Below, in pieces: positions 1-12,073 of a stretch of DNA of 64,000 nt; the first letter of the stretch is position 1; every line of letters begins with the position of its first letter. Source of the DNA: Macrostomum lignano. Its lineage: Eukaryota. Position numbers and translations under genes: made by a program. Where the stretch lies: positions 186,001 to 250,000 of the forward strand of contig NIVC01001201.1 of assembly GCA_002269645.1 (NCBI GenBank). The letters are read 5' to 3'. The notes beneath the pieces were generated by a model that ran no database searches, had not been told where the DNA came from, and was given only the letters and a program-made list of their open reading frames with translations.

Positions 1-1290
1 TACCTGTGCAATCTGATATGGTAATGCCACCTGTGTAATCTAATATGGTAATGACACCTGTGTAATCTGATATGGTAATGCCACCTGTGTAATCTGATAT
101 GGTAATGCCACCTGTGTAATCTAATATGATAATGCCACCTGTGTAATCTAATATGGTAATGCCACCTGTGCAATCTGATATGGTAATGCCACCTGTGTAA
201 TCTGATATGGTAATGCCACCTGTGCAATCTGATATGGTAATGCCACCTGTGTAATCTGATATGGTAATGCCACCTGTGTAATCTAATATGGTAATGATAC
301 CTGTGCAATCTGATATGGTAATGCCACCTGTGTAATCTAATATGGTAATGACACCTGTGTAATCTGATATGGTAATGCCACCTGTGTAATCTGATATGGT
401 AATGCCACCTGTGTAATCTAATATGGTAATGATACCTGTGCAATCTGATATGGTAATGCCACCTGTGTAATCTAATATGGTAATGACACCTGTGTAATCT
501 GATATGGTAATGCCACCTGTGTAATCTGATATGGTAATGCCACCTGTGTAATCTGATATGGTAATGCCACCTGTGTAATCTGATATGGTAATGACACCTG
601 TGTAATCTGATATGGTAATGCCACCTGTGTAATCTGATATGGTAATGCCATCTGTGCAATCTGATATGGTAATGACACCTGTGTAATTTGATATGGTAAT
701 GCCACCTGTGTAATCTGATATGGTAATGCCACCTGTGTAATCTGATATGGTAATGCCACCTGTGTAATCTAATATGGTAATGCCACCTGTGTAATCTGAT
801 ATGGTAATGACACCTGTGTAATCTGATATGGTAATGACACCTGTGTAATCTAATATGGTAATGCCACCTGTGTAATCTAATATGGTAATGCCACCTGTGT
901 AATCTAATATGGTAATGACACCTGTGTAATCTGATATGGTAATGCCACCTGTGTAATCTAATATGGTAATGCCACCTGTGTAATCTGATATGGTAATGAC
1001 ACCTGTGTAATCTGATATGGTAATGCCACCTGTGTAATCTAATATGGTAATGCCACCTGTTTAATCTAATATGGTAATGCCACCTGTGCAATCTGATATG
1101 GTAATGCCACCTGTGTAATCTGATATGGTAATGCCACCTGTGTAATCTGATATGGTAATGCCACCTGTGTAATCTGATATGATAATGCCATCTGTGCAAT
1201 CTGATATAGTAATGCCACCTGTGCAATCTGATATGGTAATGCCATCTGTGTAATCTGATATGGTAATGCCACCTGTGTAATCTGATATGG
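1..1290. repeat. 27-bp minisatellite (GCCACCTGTGTAATCTGATATGGTAAT)n, in an NFX1 intron
   Basis: Direct tandem periodicity, about 47 copies; lies upstream of the first visible NFX1 acceptor (AG 1460-1461). Confidence 0.97.
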
Positions 1291-1461
1291 GAATCTAATA
1301 TAGTAAAAAAATCCTGTTTAAAAATTTCTTTTTTAATCGGTCTAGTCTGCCTAATCCTTTATTGATAAATTTGCCAATAAGAAAACCGCATTGCACTATT
1401 CGCAGTAGTGCAAGCAGCACATTCGCTGTATTTCACAATTTCATAATTTTACTTGGCGCAG

Positions 1462-4400
1462 GTGACCTGCCACTGCGGCAAGTCGGAGGCCACGCAGCGT
1501 CCTTGCGCCGATTACCACCGCCGGGGCGGCGCCACCTTCGCCTGCCAGCGCGTCTGCGGCCGCCAGCTGGGCTGCGGCCTGCACACCTGCCAGCTCACCT
1601 GCCATCCTGGCGCCTGCACCGCCTGTCCCAGATCGCCCGAACTGGCCGGAACCTGCCCTTGCGGCCGGGCCACCCTCATGAGCCTCACTGGCTTGGCGGA
1701 CGGTGGCCGGAAACTGTGCACCGACCCGCTGCCCGCTTGCGAGGCCACCTGCGGCCGCGTGCTGCACTGCGACCCGCAGCACTCCTGTCTGGCCACCTGC
1801 CACGATGGCGACTGCCCGCCATGCCAGCTCAGCACCTCCGTCACCTGCCACTGCGGCCGCTTAACCAAGGAGGTGCCGTGCGTTGAGGCCACCACCAAGT
1901 ATAGAGGGCCGCACGCTGACACCCTGCTGTGCCAGCGGCGGTGCAAAAAGATGCGGCTATGTGGGGTTCACAGGTGAGCGGGTGCGGTGACTGGGGTCTT
2001 GGGACGAGTTTGTCGGTGGCTGGGGTCATTGGAGTGAGTTTGTGGGTGACTGGGGTCATTGGAGTGAGTTTGTCGGTGGCTGGGGTCATTGGAGTGAGTT
2101 TGTGAGTGGGTGGGGTCATTGGAGTGAGTTTATCGGTGGCTGGGGTCATTGGAGTGAGTTTGTGAGTGGGTGGGGTCATTGGAGTGAGTTTGTCGGTGGC
2201 TGGGGTCATTGGAGTAAGTTTGTCGGTGGCTGGGGTCATTGGGGTGAGTTTGTGGGTGGCTGGGGTCATTGGGGTGAGTTTTGAGTAGATGGGGTCATTG
2301 GAGTGAGTTTAGAGTAGATGGCGTCATTGGGGTCAGTTTGGAATAGATGGGGTCATTGGGGTGAGTTTAGAGTAGATGGCGTCATTGGGGTCAGTTTGGA
2401 ATAGATGGGGTCATTGGGGTGAGTTTTGAGTAGATGGGGTCATTGGAGTGAGTTTTGGGTAAATGGGGTCATTGGAGTGAGTTTAGAGTAAATGGGGTCA
2501 TTGGGGTGAGTTTGGAGTAGATGGGGTCATTGGGGTGAGTTTGGAGTAGATGGGGTCATTGGGAGTGAGTTTGTGGGTGGCTAAGGTCATTGGAGTAAGT
2601 TTGTGGGTGGCTGGGGTCATTGTAGTGAGTTCGGAGTAGATGGGGTCATTAGGATGAGTTTAGAGTAGATGGCGTCATTGGGGTGAGTTTAGAGTAGATG
2701 GGGCCATGGGGGTGAGTTTGGAGTGGATGGAGTTTGGACTAGATGGGGTCATTGAGGCGAATTAGAATGGGGATGGCTGGGGTCATTTTTCGCGGCGGGG
2801 GTACCTCTGAGTCGTCTAGCGTCACTTCTTTCCTATTTTAACCTTGGTTACCTGCAACCAGCGACTCTGGGAGGACACATCTAGGCCTAAGTACCGTTTT
2901 TATCGGGCGGTCATTAAGGATGATTCCTGGGAAGCACAGGTGATAAAGACCGATTCCTGGGGGATGCACAGGTGATGGAGACCGATGCCTGGGGGATGCA
3001 CAGGTGATGGAGACCGATGCCTGGGGGATGCACAGGTGATGGAGACCGATGCCTGGGGGATGCACAGGTGATGGAGACCGATTCCTGGGGATGCACAGGT
3101 GATGGAGACCGATGCCTGGGGGATGCACAGGTGATAGAGACCGATTCCTGGGAAGCATCGGTAAAAGAGACCGATGCCTGGGGGATGCACAGGTGATGGA
3201 GACCGATTCCTGGGGGATGCACAGGTGATAGAGACCGATTCCTGGGGGATGCACAGGTGATAGAGACCGATTCCTGGGGGATGCACAGGTGATGGAGACC
3301 GATGCCTGGGGGATGCACAGGTGATGGAGACCGATGCCTGGGGGATGCACAGGTGATGGAGACCGATGCCTGGGGGATGCACAGGTGATGGAGACCGATG
3401 CCTGGGGGATGCACAGGTGATGGAGACCCATTCCTGGGGATGCACAGGTGATGGAGAGCAACGACAGATAGACCATACACCTGCCCCCACCCCACCCCAC
3501 AGATGCGGCGAGCTCTGCTGCATCCAGCAGGACCATCCGTGTCCGCAGACCTGCTCAAAGCCGCTGCTATGCGGACTCCACCAGTGCGAGGAGCCGTGCC
3601 ACCTGGGCCGCTGCCCGCCCTGCCCCCGCATCCTGCTCAGCCCAGTGTCCTGCCTGTGCGGTGCTCAGGCCATCCAGCCTCCCGTGCCCTGCGGTGCCCG
3701 GCCGCCCGACTGCGGCTTCCAGTGTCCGCTGCAGCGGCCCTGCGGCCACCCCAGTCTGCACGAGTGCCACCTGGCTGGCGAGCCCTGCCCGCCCTGCGCC
3801 TACCTGATCTCCAAGCGGTGCCAATGCGGCCGCTCTCTGCGCCAGAACGTACCCTGCCACCAGACCGCCGTCAGCTGCGGCATCCAGTGCGGCCGCTCGC
3901 TGCCCTGCGGCCACCGCTGCGCCCTGCTGTGCCACTCCGGCGACTGCGAGGCCGCCGCCGAGAGGCAGCAGCAGCCGGCCTGCAAGCAGCCGTGCCGGCA
4001 GGCCCGTCAGGACTGCGGCCACCCCTGCATGCTGCCCTGCCACCATCCGGAGCCATGCAAGCAGCCGCCGCCATGCCAGGAGCCCGTCACGCTACGCTGT
4101 CCCTGCTCTCGCCGAATCCAGGAGGTGCCGTGCCACCTCACCGCTCAGATGGGCAATGCAGGCTTGCATCTGACGGTGGCTCTGGGCGGCGAGATGGACC
4201 TGCAGGTGAGCTGCTCTGGGGCTTGCGAGTTTCCAGGGACGCCCTTGTCTGTCAGCATTATCTCTAGTATATTTTCCTAGGGACCCAAGTCGTCCTACCC
4301 TAGGTTGCCAAATAGTCCAAACTATATCCCATATACCATTTTCGCAGCCCATCCCCATCAATCCCACCCCATCCCCTTCATCTCACCCCATGCCCTTCAT

Positions 4401-5999
4401 CCCACCCCAACTCCATCAATCCCATCCCCATCATCCCACCCCATCCCCTTCATCTCACCCCATCCCCTTCATCTCACCCCATCCCCATCATCCCACCCCA
4501 TCCCCATCATCCCACCCCATCCCCATCATCCCACCCCATCCCCTTCATCTCACCCCATCCCCATCATCCCACCCCATCCCCATCATCCCACCCCATCCCC
4601 ATCATCTCACCCCATCCCCATCAATCCCATCCCCATCATCCCACCCCATCCCCATCAATCCCATCCCCATCATCCCACCACACCAATCCCATCCCCATCA
4701 TCCCACCACACCAATCCCATCCCCATCATCCCACCACACCAATCCCATCCCCATCATCCCACCACACCAATCCCATCCCCATCATCCCACCACACCAATC
4801 CCATCCCCATCATCCCACCCCATCAATGCCATCATCATCATATCATCAACCCCACCCCAGCATCCCAATCGCCCCAGCCCCATCTAATATCTTTTACCGA
4901 CACCTCTAACGCCAGGCTTATCGCGAGCTGCAGACCCGCGGCAGCCTTCAGTGCGACGCCCAGTGCCAGTTGGAGAAGCGCAACCGTCAGCTGGCCGAAG
5001 CTCTGGGCGTCGAAACCGACTCCAACGGGTCGACGGCAGCGGCGGCTGGCGGCGGCGCCGTGAACCTGGCTCCGGTGTACGCCAGGACGCTGCTGGACCT
5101 GTGGAAGGCCTATCCGTCCTTCGCCGTTATGGTGGAGTCCCGCCTTGACGAGACCTGCTCCGCGGTGGTGTCCGGCCGGAGCCAGAGCCGCAGCACCCAG
5201 TTCCAGGCGCCCAACAGGGACGGCAGAAAGTTTATCTACGAGCTGGCCGAGGTGTACGGCTGCGAGGTTCAGGTATTTACGGGTCTGTTTGGATAGCAGT
5301 GCATGGGGTCAGGGGTCATCCGGACGAGGGGCCATGCCAGGGGTCGGAGAGGCGCTTTATCAGGTCTCATTGTCAGTTGTCCTGTCAGTTTATAAAGCTA
5401 GGGGGTCACGCCAGGTCGCAGAGGCAGAGCAGGGTGAGGTCACGCCAGGTCGCAGAGCAGGGTGAGGTCACGCCAGGTCGCAGAGCAGGGTGAGGTCACG
5501 CCAGGTCGCAGAGCAGGGTGAGGTCACGCCAGGTCGCAGAGCAGGGTGAGGTCACGCCAGGTCGCAGAGCAGGGTGAGGTCACGCCGGGTCGCAGAGCAG
5601 GGTGAGGTCACGCCAGGTCAATCAGCCAAATCACTGATCCGTTCCGCCCAGGTGACGGGCGCCGGCTCGGACGCCAGCCGGACGGTGACGGTCACGGCGA
5701 AGCGCGGCCGGGCCCGCCTGCCGGACCGGAAGCTGTCGGCCGAGGCGCAGCGCCTATTCGGCATCGGCGGCCTTCAGCAGCAGTCGGGCCAGCATCGTCT
5801 GCTGCCGCGGGCCGTCCAGTCGTGGAGCTCCGGGCTGGCGGTCACGGCCAGCAGCTCCCAGCTGACCACTCTGGGCCGGGTGGCCACCGCCTACTCCCGC
5901 CTGCCCGACCAGATGGACTCCATGGAGTTGGGCGGCAGCGGCGGGGCTGCCGGCAGCTCAGCAACTCGGATTGATTATTTTGACTTCACCGAGTCCTAG
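1462..5999 (+). CDS. NFX1: NFX1 / shuttle craft NF-X1-type zinc-finger and R3H protein, 3' part; exons 1462-1973, 3503-4205, 4916-5272, 5652-5999
   Basis: Repeated NF-X1 Cys/His fingers (C-x-CG...C...CH-x-G-x-C-x-x-C). GT-AG junctions with matching phases (2, 0, 0). R3H-like segment PNRDGRKFIYELAEVYG...RTVTVTA. C-terminal IDYFDF motif as in NFX1 orthologues. Stop TAG 5997-5999. 5' exons lie outside the window. Confidence 0.92.
1985..2780. repeat. 29-30-bp G-rich minisatellite (GGGGTCATTGGAGTGAGTTTGTCGGTGGCT)n, NFX1 intron
   Basis: Tandem periodicity beginning just after the donor at 1974; sequence drifts gradually along the array. Confidence 0.95.
2925..3455. repeat. 31-32-bp minisatellite (GGGGATGCACAGGTGATGGAGACCGATGCCTG)n, NFX1 intron
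   Basis: Tandem periodicity; source of the spurious ITCASPRHRSPSPVHPPG ORFs. Confidence 0.95.
4345..4880. repeat. C-rich low-complexity repeat (CATCCCCATCATCCCACC-type), NFX1 intron
   Basis: Degenerate short-period CCC/CAT repeat between donor 4206 and acceptor 4914-4915. Confidence 0.9.
5405..5620. repeat. 28-bp minisatellite (GGTGAGGTCACGCCAGGTCGCAGAGCAG)n, NFX1 intron
   Basis: About 7 near-perfect tandem copies. Confidence 0.95.
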
Positions 6000-6344
6000 G
6001 GCTAGCTTAGCTACTCATAGTAGTGCTGTCTAATTACTAGCAAAACTGAATGCGCAGTCCGCTGCCGCCGTGATTTTTATTTCTTGGAATTTTTTCCTTC
6101 ATCTTCGTCTTCCAATCGACTGCAGTCTCCATCGGCTTCATTCTCCTCTGTTCCTGCTCTCCTTGAAGCTTTCTTTTCCATGAACACCGAGGTTCCATTC
6201 TCTTCCTGGTGACGGGTCTGTGGCCTTGAGGCCTGAGCATAGCTTAGCATGCGTAATGAGAAATATTGAATAGCTCAGCTTTCATTTAGACTTGCTGAGT
6301 CATTTACAGAGTATTTTTAAAGCCTGATTTCTTGATTCGATTGG

Positions 6345-8910
6345 CTGATCGATTGATCCGGCCCGATTGATTGATTTATTGATTGATTGATCCAGCCCGG
6401 TTTATTGATTGATTGATTGATCCAACCCGATTGATTGATTCGGCCTGATTGATTGATTGATCCGGCCCGATTGATTGATTGATTGATTGATCCGACTCGG
6501 TTAATTGATTGATTGATTGATCCGACTCGGTTAATTGATTAATTTATTGATTGATTGATCCGGCTCGGTTAATTGATTGATTGATTGATTGATTGATCCG
6601 TCTCGGTTAATTGATTGATTGATTGATCCGGCTCGGTTAATTGATTGATTGATTGATCCGACTCGGTTAATTGATTAATTGATTGATTGATTGATCCGGC
6701 TCGGTTAATTGATTGATTGTTTGATTGATCCGTCTCGGTTAATTGATTGATTGATTGATCCGGCTCGGTTAATTGATTGATTGATTGATCCGGCTCGGTT
6801 AATTGATTGATTGATTGATCCGGCTCGGTTAATTGATTGATTGATTGATCCGACTCGGTTAATTGATTGATTGATTGATCCGGCTCGGTTAATTGATTGA
6901 TTGATTGATTGATTGATCCGGCTCGGTTAATTGATTGATTGATTGATCCGACTCGGTTAATTGATTGATTGTTTGATTGATCCGTCTCGGTTAATTGATT
7001 GATTGATTGATCCGGCTCGGTTAATTGATTGATTGATTGATCCGGCTCGGTTAATTGATTGATTGATTGATCCGGCTCGATTAATTGATTGATTGATTGA
7101 TCCGACTCGGTTAATTGATTGATTGATTGATCCGGCTCGGTTAATTGATTGATTGATTGATTGATTGATCCGGCTCGGTTAATTGATTGATTGATTGATC
7201 CGACTCGGTTAATTGATTGATTGATTGATTGATTGATCCGGCTCGGTTAATTGATTGATTGATTGATTGATTGATCCGACTCGGTTAATTGATTGATTGA
7301 TTGATTGATCCGGCTCGGTTAACTGATTGATTGATTGATCCGGCTCGATTAATTGATTGATTGATTGATTGATTGATCCGGCTCGGTTAATTGATTGATT
7401 GATTGATCCGACTCGGTTAATTGATTAATTGATTGATTGATTGATCCGGCTCGGTTAATTGATTGATTGATTGATCCGGCTCGGTTAATTGATTGATTGA
7501 TTGATCCGGCTCGGTTAATTGATTGATTGATTGATCCGACTCGGTTAATTGATTGATTGATTGATCCGACTCGGTTAATTGATTGATTGATTGATCCGGC
7601 TCGGTTAATTGATTGATTGATTGATCCGACTCGGTTAATTGATTGATTGATTGATTGATTGATCCGGCTCGGTTAATTGATTGATTGATTGATTGATTGA
7701 TCCGACTCGGTTAATTGATTGATTGATTGATTGATCCGGCTCGGTTAATTGATTGATTGATTGATCCGGCTCGATTAATTGATTGATTGATTGATTGATT
7801 GATCCGGCTCGGTTAATTGATTGATTGATTGATTGATCCGTCTCGGTTAATTGATTGATGGATTGATTGATCCGACTCGGTTAATTGATTGATGGATTGA
7901 TTGATCCGGCACGATTGATTGATTGATCCGGCACGATTGATTGATTGATTGATCCGTCTCGGTTAATTGATTGATGGATTGATTGATCCGGCACGATTGA
8001 TTGATTGATCCGGCACGATTGATTGATTGATTGATTGATTGATCCGTCTCGGTTAATTGATTGATGGATTGATTGATTGATTGATCCGTCTCGGTTAATT
8101 GATTGATGGATTGATTGATTGATTGATCCGTCTCGGTTAATTGATTGATTGATTGATTAATTGATTGATCCGTCTCGGTTAATTGATTGATGGATTGATT
8201 GATCCGGCACGATTGATTGATTGATCCGGCACGATTGATTGATTGATTGATTGATTGATCCGTCTCGGTTAATTGATTGATGGATTGATTGATCCGGCAC
8301 GATTGATTGATTGATCCGGCACGATTGATTGATTGATTGATTGATTGATCCGTCTCGGTTAATTGATTGATGGATTGATTGATCCGGCACGATTGATTGA
8401 TTGATCCGGCACGATTGATTGATTGATCCGGCACGATTGATTGATTGATCCGGCACGATTGATTGATTGATCCGGCACGATTGATTGATTGATTGATTGA
8501 TCCGTCTCGGTTAATTGATTGATGGATTGATTGATCCGGCACGATTGATTGATTGATCCGGCACGATTGATTGATTGATCCGGCACGATTGATTGATTGA
8601 TTGATTGATCTGACTCGGTTAATTGATTGATTGATTGATCCGACTCGGTTAATTGATTGATTGATTGATTGATCCGGCCCGGTTCATTGATTGATTGATT
8701 GATTGATCCGGCCCGGTTTATTGATTGATTGATTGATTGATCCGGCCCGGTTTATTGATTGATTGATTGATTGATCCGGCCCGGTTTATTGATTGATTGA
8801 TTGATTGATCCGGCCCGGTTTATTGATTGATTGATTGATCCGGCCCGATTGATTGATTGATCCGGCCCGATTGATTGATTGATCCGGCTCGGTTGATTGA
8901 TTAGTTGATA
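6345..8910. repeat. Compound satellite: (GATT)n runs punctuated by CCGGCTCGGTTAATT / CCGGCAC / CCGTCTCGG spacers
   Basis: Directly visible for about 2.5 kb; gives the SINQ-type false ORFs. Confidence 0.97.
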
Positions 8911-9519
8911 ACTTGAACCTGCTCCCATACCATCAACACAAACTCTGTCTGCATTCGCCTAGAGCTCGCAACTGCGTTCCTTATCTGCGCCAATTAGCAA
9001 TTTTTATCATTTCGTTCCTGTCGTCTTAATAATAATGCTGTTCGCAAATCTGAGAAAAATACTTTAAAATATTAGCTGGACTGTCAACTTGCTTATCTGG
9101 CATTAATTTATTTAATCCGTGTGACGCCCGTGTCTGCAGCTGCGCCTCTTGCATAAAGTGCACAGTAAAAGTACATTTGCTACTTCTATAATTTAACTTT
9201 CGGAGGCGCCTCCCATTGTGCCCAGCTTGTCGCTCTGGGCTTCGTCGATGAAAATCCTGAGTAAATTGGCTTCTTGAGTTCTCGCGTGCTCACTGCTGCC
9301 TCGCGTGCCATTCTGAGCACTCGCCGTGCTCCATACTCGTACGGGCCTCACCGAGCCCCAGCCTCTGTCCATATCGTTCCCAGTCAGTCCCAGTCTCTCT
9401 GCTGAACTCTGCCATCAAATTTAATTGCCATGCTGTGGCACCCGACTTCAGGATTTGGCAGCTTGTCTGAGTACTTAATTTCAATTATCACTTATCTGTG
9501 GAATTACCAATTTCAATAC

Positions 9520-10612
9520 TCCCCAACTTTCATACCCCCAATCTCAATAATCCCCAACCTTCACACCCCAATCTCAATTATCCCCAACCTTCACACCCCA
9601 ATCTCAATAATCCCTAACCTTCACACCCCAATCTCAATAATCCCCAACCTTCACACCCCAATCTCAATAATCCCCAACCTTCACACCCCAATCTCAATAA
9701 TCCCCAACCTTCACACCCCAATCTCAATTATCCCTAACCTTCACACCCCAATCTCAATAATCCCCAACCTTCACACCCCAATCTCAATAATCCCCAACCT
9801 TCACACCCCAATCTCAATAATCCCTAACCTTCACACCCCAATCTCAATTATCCCCAACCTTCACACCCCAATCTCAATTATCCCCAACCTTCACACCCCA
9901 ATCTCAATTATCCCTAACCTTTACACCCCAATCTCAATAATCCCTAACCTTCACACCCCAATCTCAAAAATCCCCTTCCTTCACACCCCAATCTCAATAA
10001 TCCCTAACCTTTACACCCCAATCTCAATAATCCCTAACCTTCACACCCCAATCTCAATACTCCCCAACCTTCACACCCCAATCTCAATAATCCCTAACCT
10101 TCACACCCCAATCTCAATAATCCCTAACCTTCACACCCCAATCTCAATAATCCCTAACCTTCACACCCCAATCTCAATACTCCCCAACCTTCACACCCCA
10201 ATCTCAATAATCCCTAACCTTTACACCCCAATCTCAATACTCCCCAACCTTCACACCCCAATCTCAATACTCCCCAACCTTCACACCCCAATCTCAATAC
10301 TCCCCAACCTTCACACCCCAATCTCAATACTCCCCAACCTTCACACCCCAATCTCAATACTCCCCAACCTTCACACCCCAATCTCAATACTCCCCAACCT
10401 TCACACCCCAATCTCAATACTCCCCAACCTTCACACCCCAATCTCAATACTCCCAACCTTCACACCCCAATCTCAATACTCCCCAACCTTCACACCCCAA
10501 TCTCAATACTCCCCAACCTTCACACCCCAATCTCAATAATCCCCAACCTTCACACCCCAATCTCAATTATCCCCAACCTTCACACCCCAATCTCAATAAT
10601 CCCCAAGCTTCA
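9520..10612. repeat. 30-bp minisatellite (CCCCAATCTCAATAATCCCCAACCTTCACA)n
   Basis: About 36 copies with exact 30-bp phase; explains the ORF 9430-10539 (PISIIPNLHT)n. Confidence 0.97.
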
Positions 10613-11059
10613 CAACCTTTTCCCTTTTCCTGCAGCTTTTATATAAAAAGAAGCCACTCCAGGCGGTCCATGGGCTTCTAAAAATGTTACATCTAAAAGT
10701 CCATGGGCGGACGCAGTCTCCGCAATCGCTGCAGCAATTACTCACGGAGACCTGCTCTGCATTCAGCTGCGCCCTTCCTTCCTTCCTGAGGGTCTACCTG
10801 CCCTATTGTGTCTCCGAGCCTGCCCCAGCCTCCGCGCTTCATCTGTCTCAGCTTCGGCGAACCGAATCATCGGAGACCCGAGCTCTCCTAGGCCGGGAGT
10901 GCGCATCTAATTAACAGCCCCCCAGCCGTGTGCTGCCCCGCTGTTTCCATAAGTGCTCCCGCTTCATCAGCCTCTACGAACCTGATGTTTGCGTGTGCGG
11001 CTTCCCCTTACCTCAGCCCGCGTGTCCCCTCTCGGGTTCCGCCTGTGCGTGTCTGAGTC

Positions 11060-11685
11060 ATGCACCTGTGCCTGTTGTGTAACAGTGGGCTGGCTGTACC
11101 TGTGCCTGATGTGTAACAGTGGGCTGGCTGTACCTGTGCCTGATGTGTAACAGTGGGGCTGTACCTGTGCCTGATGTGTAACAGTGGGGCTGTACCTGTG
11201 CCTGATGTGTAACAGTGGGGCTGTACCTGTGCCTGATGTGTAACAGTGGGACTGTACCTGTGCCTGATGTGTAACAGTGGGACTGTACCTGTGCCTGATG
11301 TGTAACAGTGGGGCTGTACCTGTGCCTGATGTGTAACAGTGGGGCTGTACCTGTGCCTGATGTGTAACAGTGGGGCTGTACCTGTGCCTGATGTGTAACA
11401 GTGGGGCTGTACCTGTGCCTGATGTGTAACAGTGGGGCTGTAACAGTGCCTGATGTGTAACAGTGGGGCTGTACCTGTGCCTGATGTGTAACAGTGGGGC
11501 TGTACCTGTGCCTGATGTGTAACAGTGGGGCTGTAACAGTGCCTGATGTGTAACAGTGGGGCTGTACCTGTGCCTGATGTGTAACAGTGGGGCTGTAACA
11601 GTGCCTGATGTGTAACAGTGGGGCTGTACCTGTGCCTGATGTGTAGCAGTGGGGCTGTAACAGTGCCTGATGGCTAACAGTGGGA
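11060..11685. repeat. 31-bp minisatellite (GTACCTGTGCCTGATGTGTAACAGTGGGGCT)n
   Basis: About 20 tandem copies. Confidence 0.96.
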
Positions 11686-12073
11686 GGCTCGTACATGTAC
11701 CAATTTCAATCCAGTTTCTCCCGCTTCCTTACGTGCATGCTGTACTCTTGTGCGGGTCTCTTCTGTAGCAAAAATCCGTTTTTCTCTTCTGCTATCAGCG
11801 CTGCCTCTGCTGCACCTGCCTACCGAGCGCTAAAAGCCGCTGTCAGGCCCGTCTCCCCTTCTCTTCTGTCTCCCCTCGCATTGAAAGGATTCTGGATCTT
11901 ATTTGCTACATTTATTTCGAATCCGTGCCCCTGTACCTGAGCAGAGCAGCTGAGGCGGCCTCGCTCCAGGTTGCATAAAATCTCTCATTTTTGATCTGAT
12001 TCGGTTCGCATGAACATCGGACCTTGTCATCCGGGATGCAGTGAAGTAGGCGGCCCAATCAATGCAGCCGCAG

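Noticed and set aside
9290-9484. Minus-strand peptide LMAEFSRETGTDWERYGQRLGL resembling a death-domain helix
   Set aside because: Too short, and I could not build a phase-consistent exon chain with credible acceptors; worth only an HMM check.
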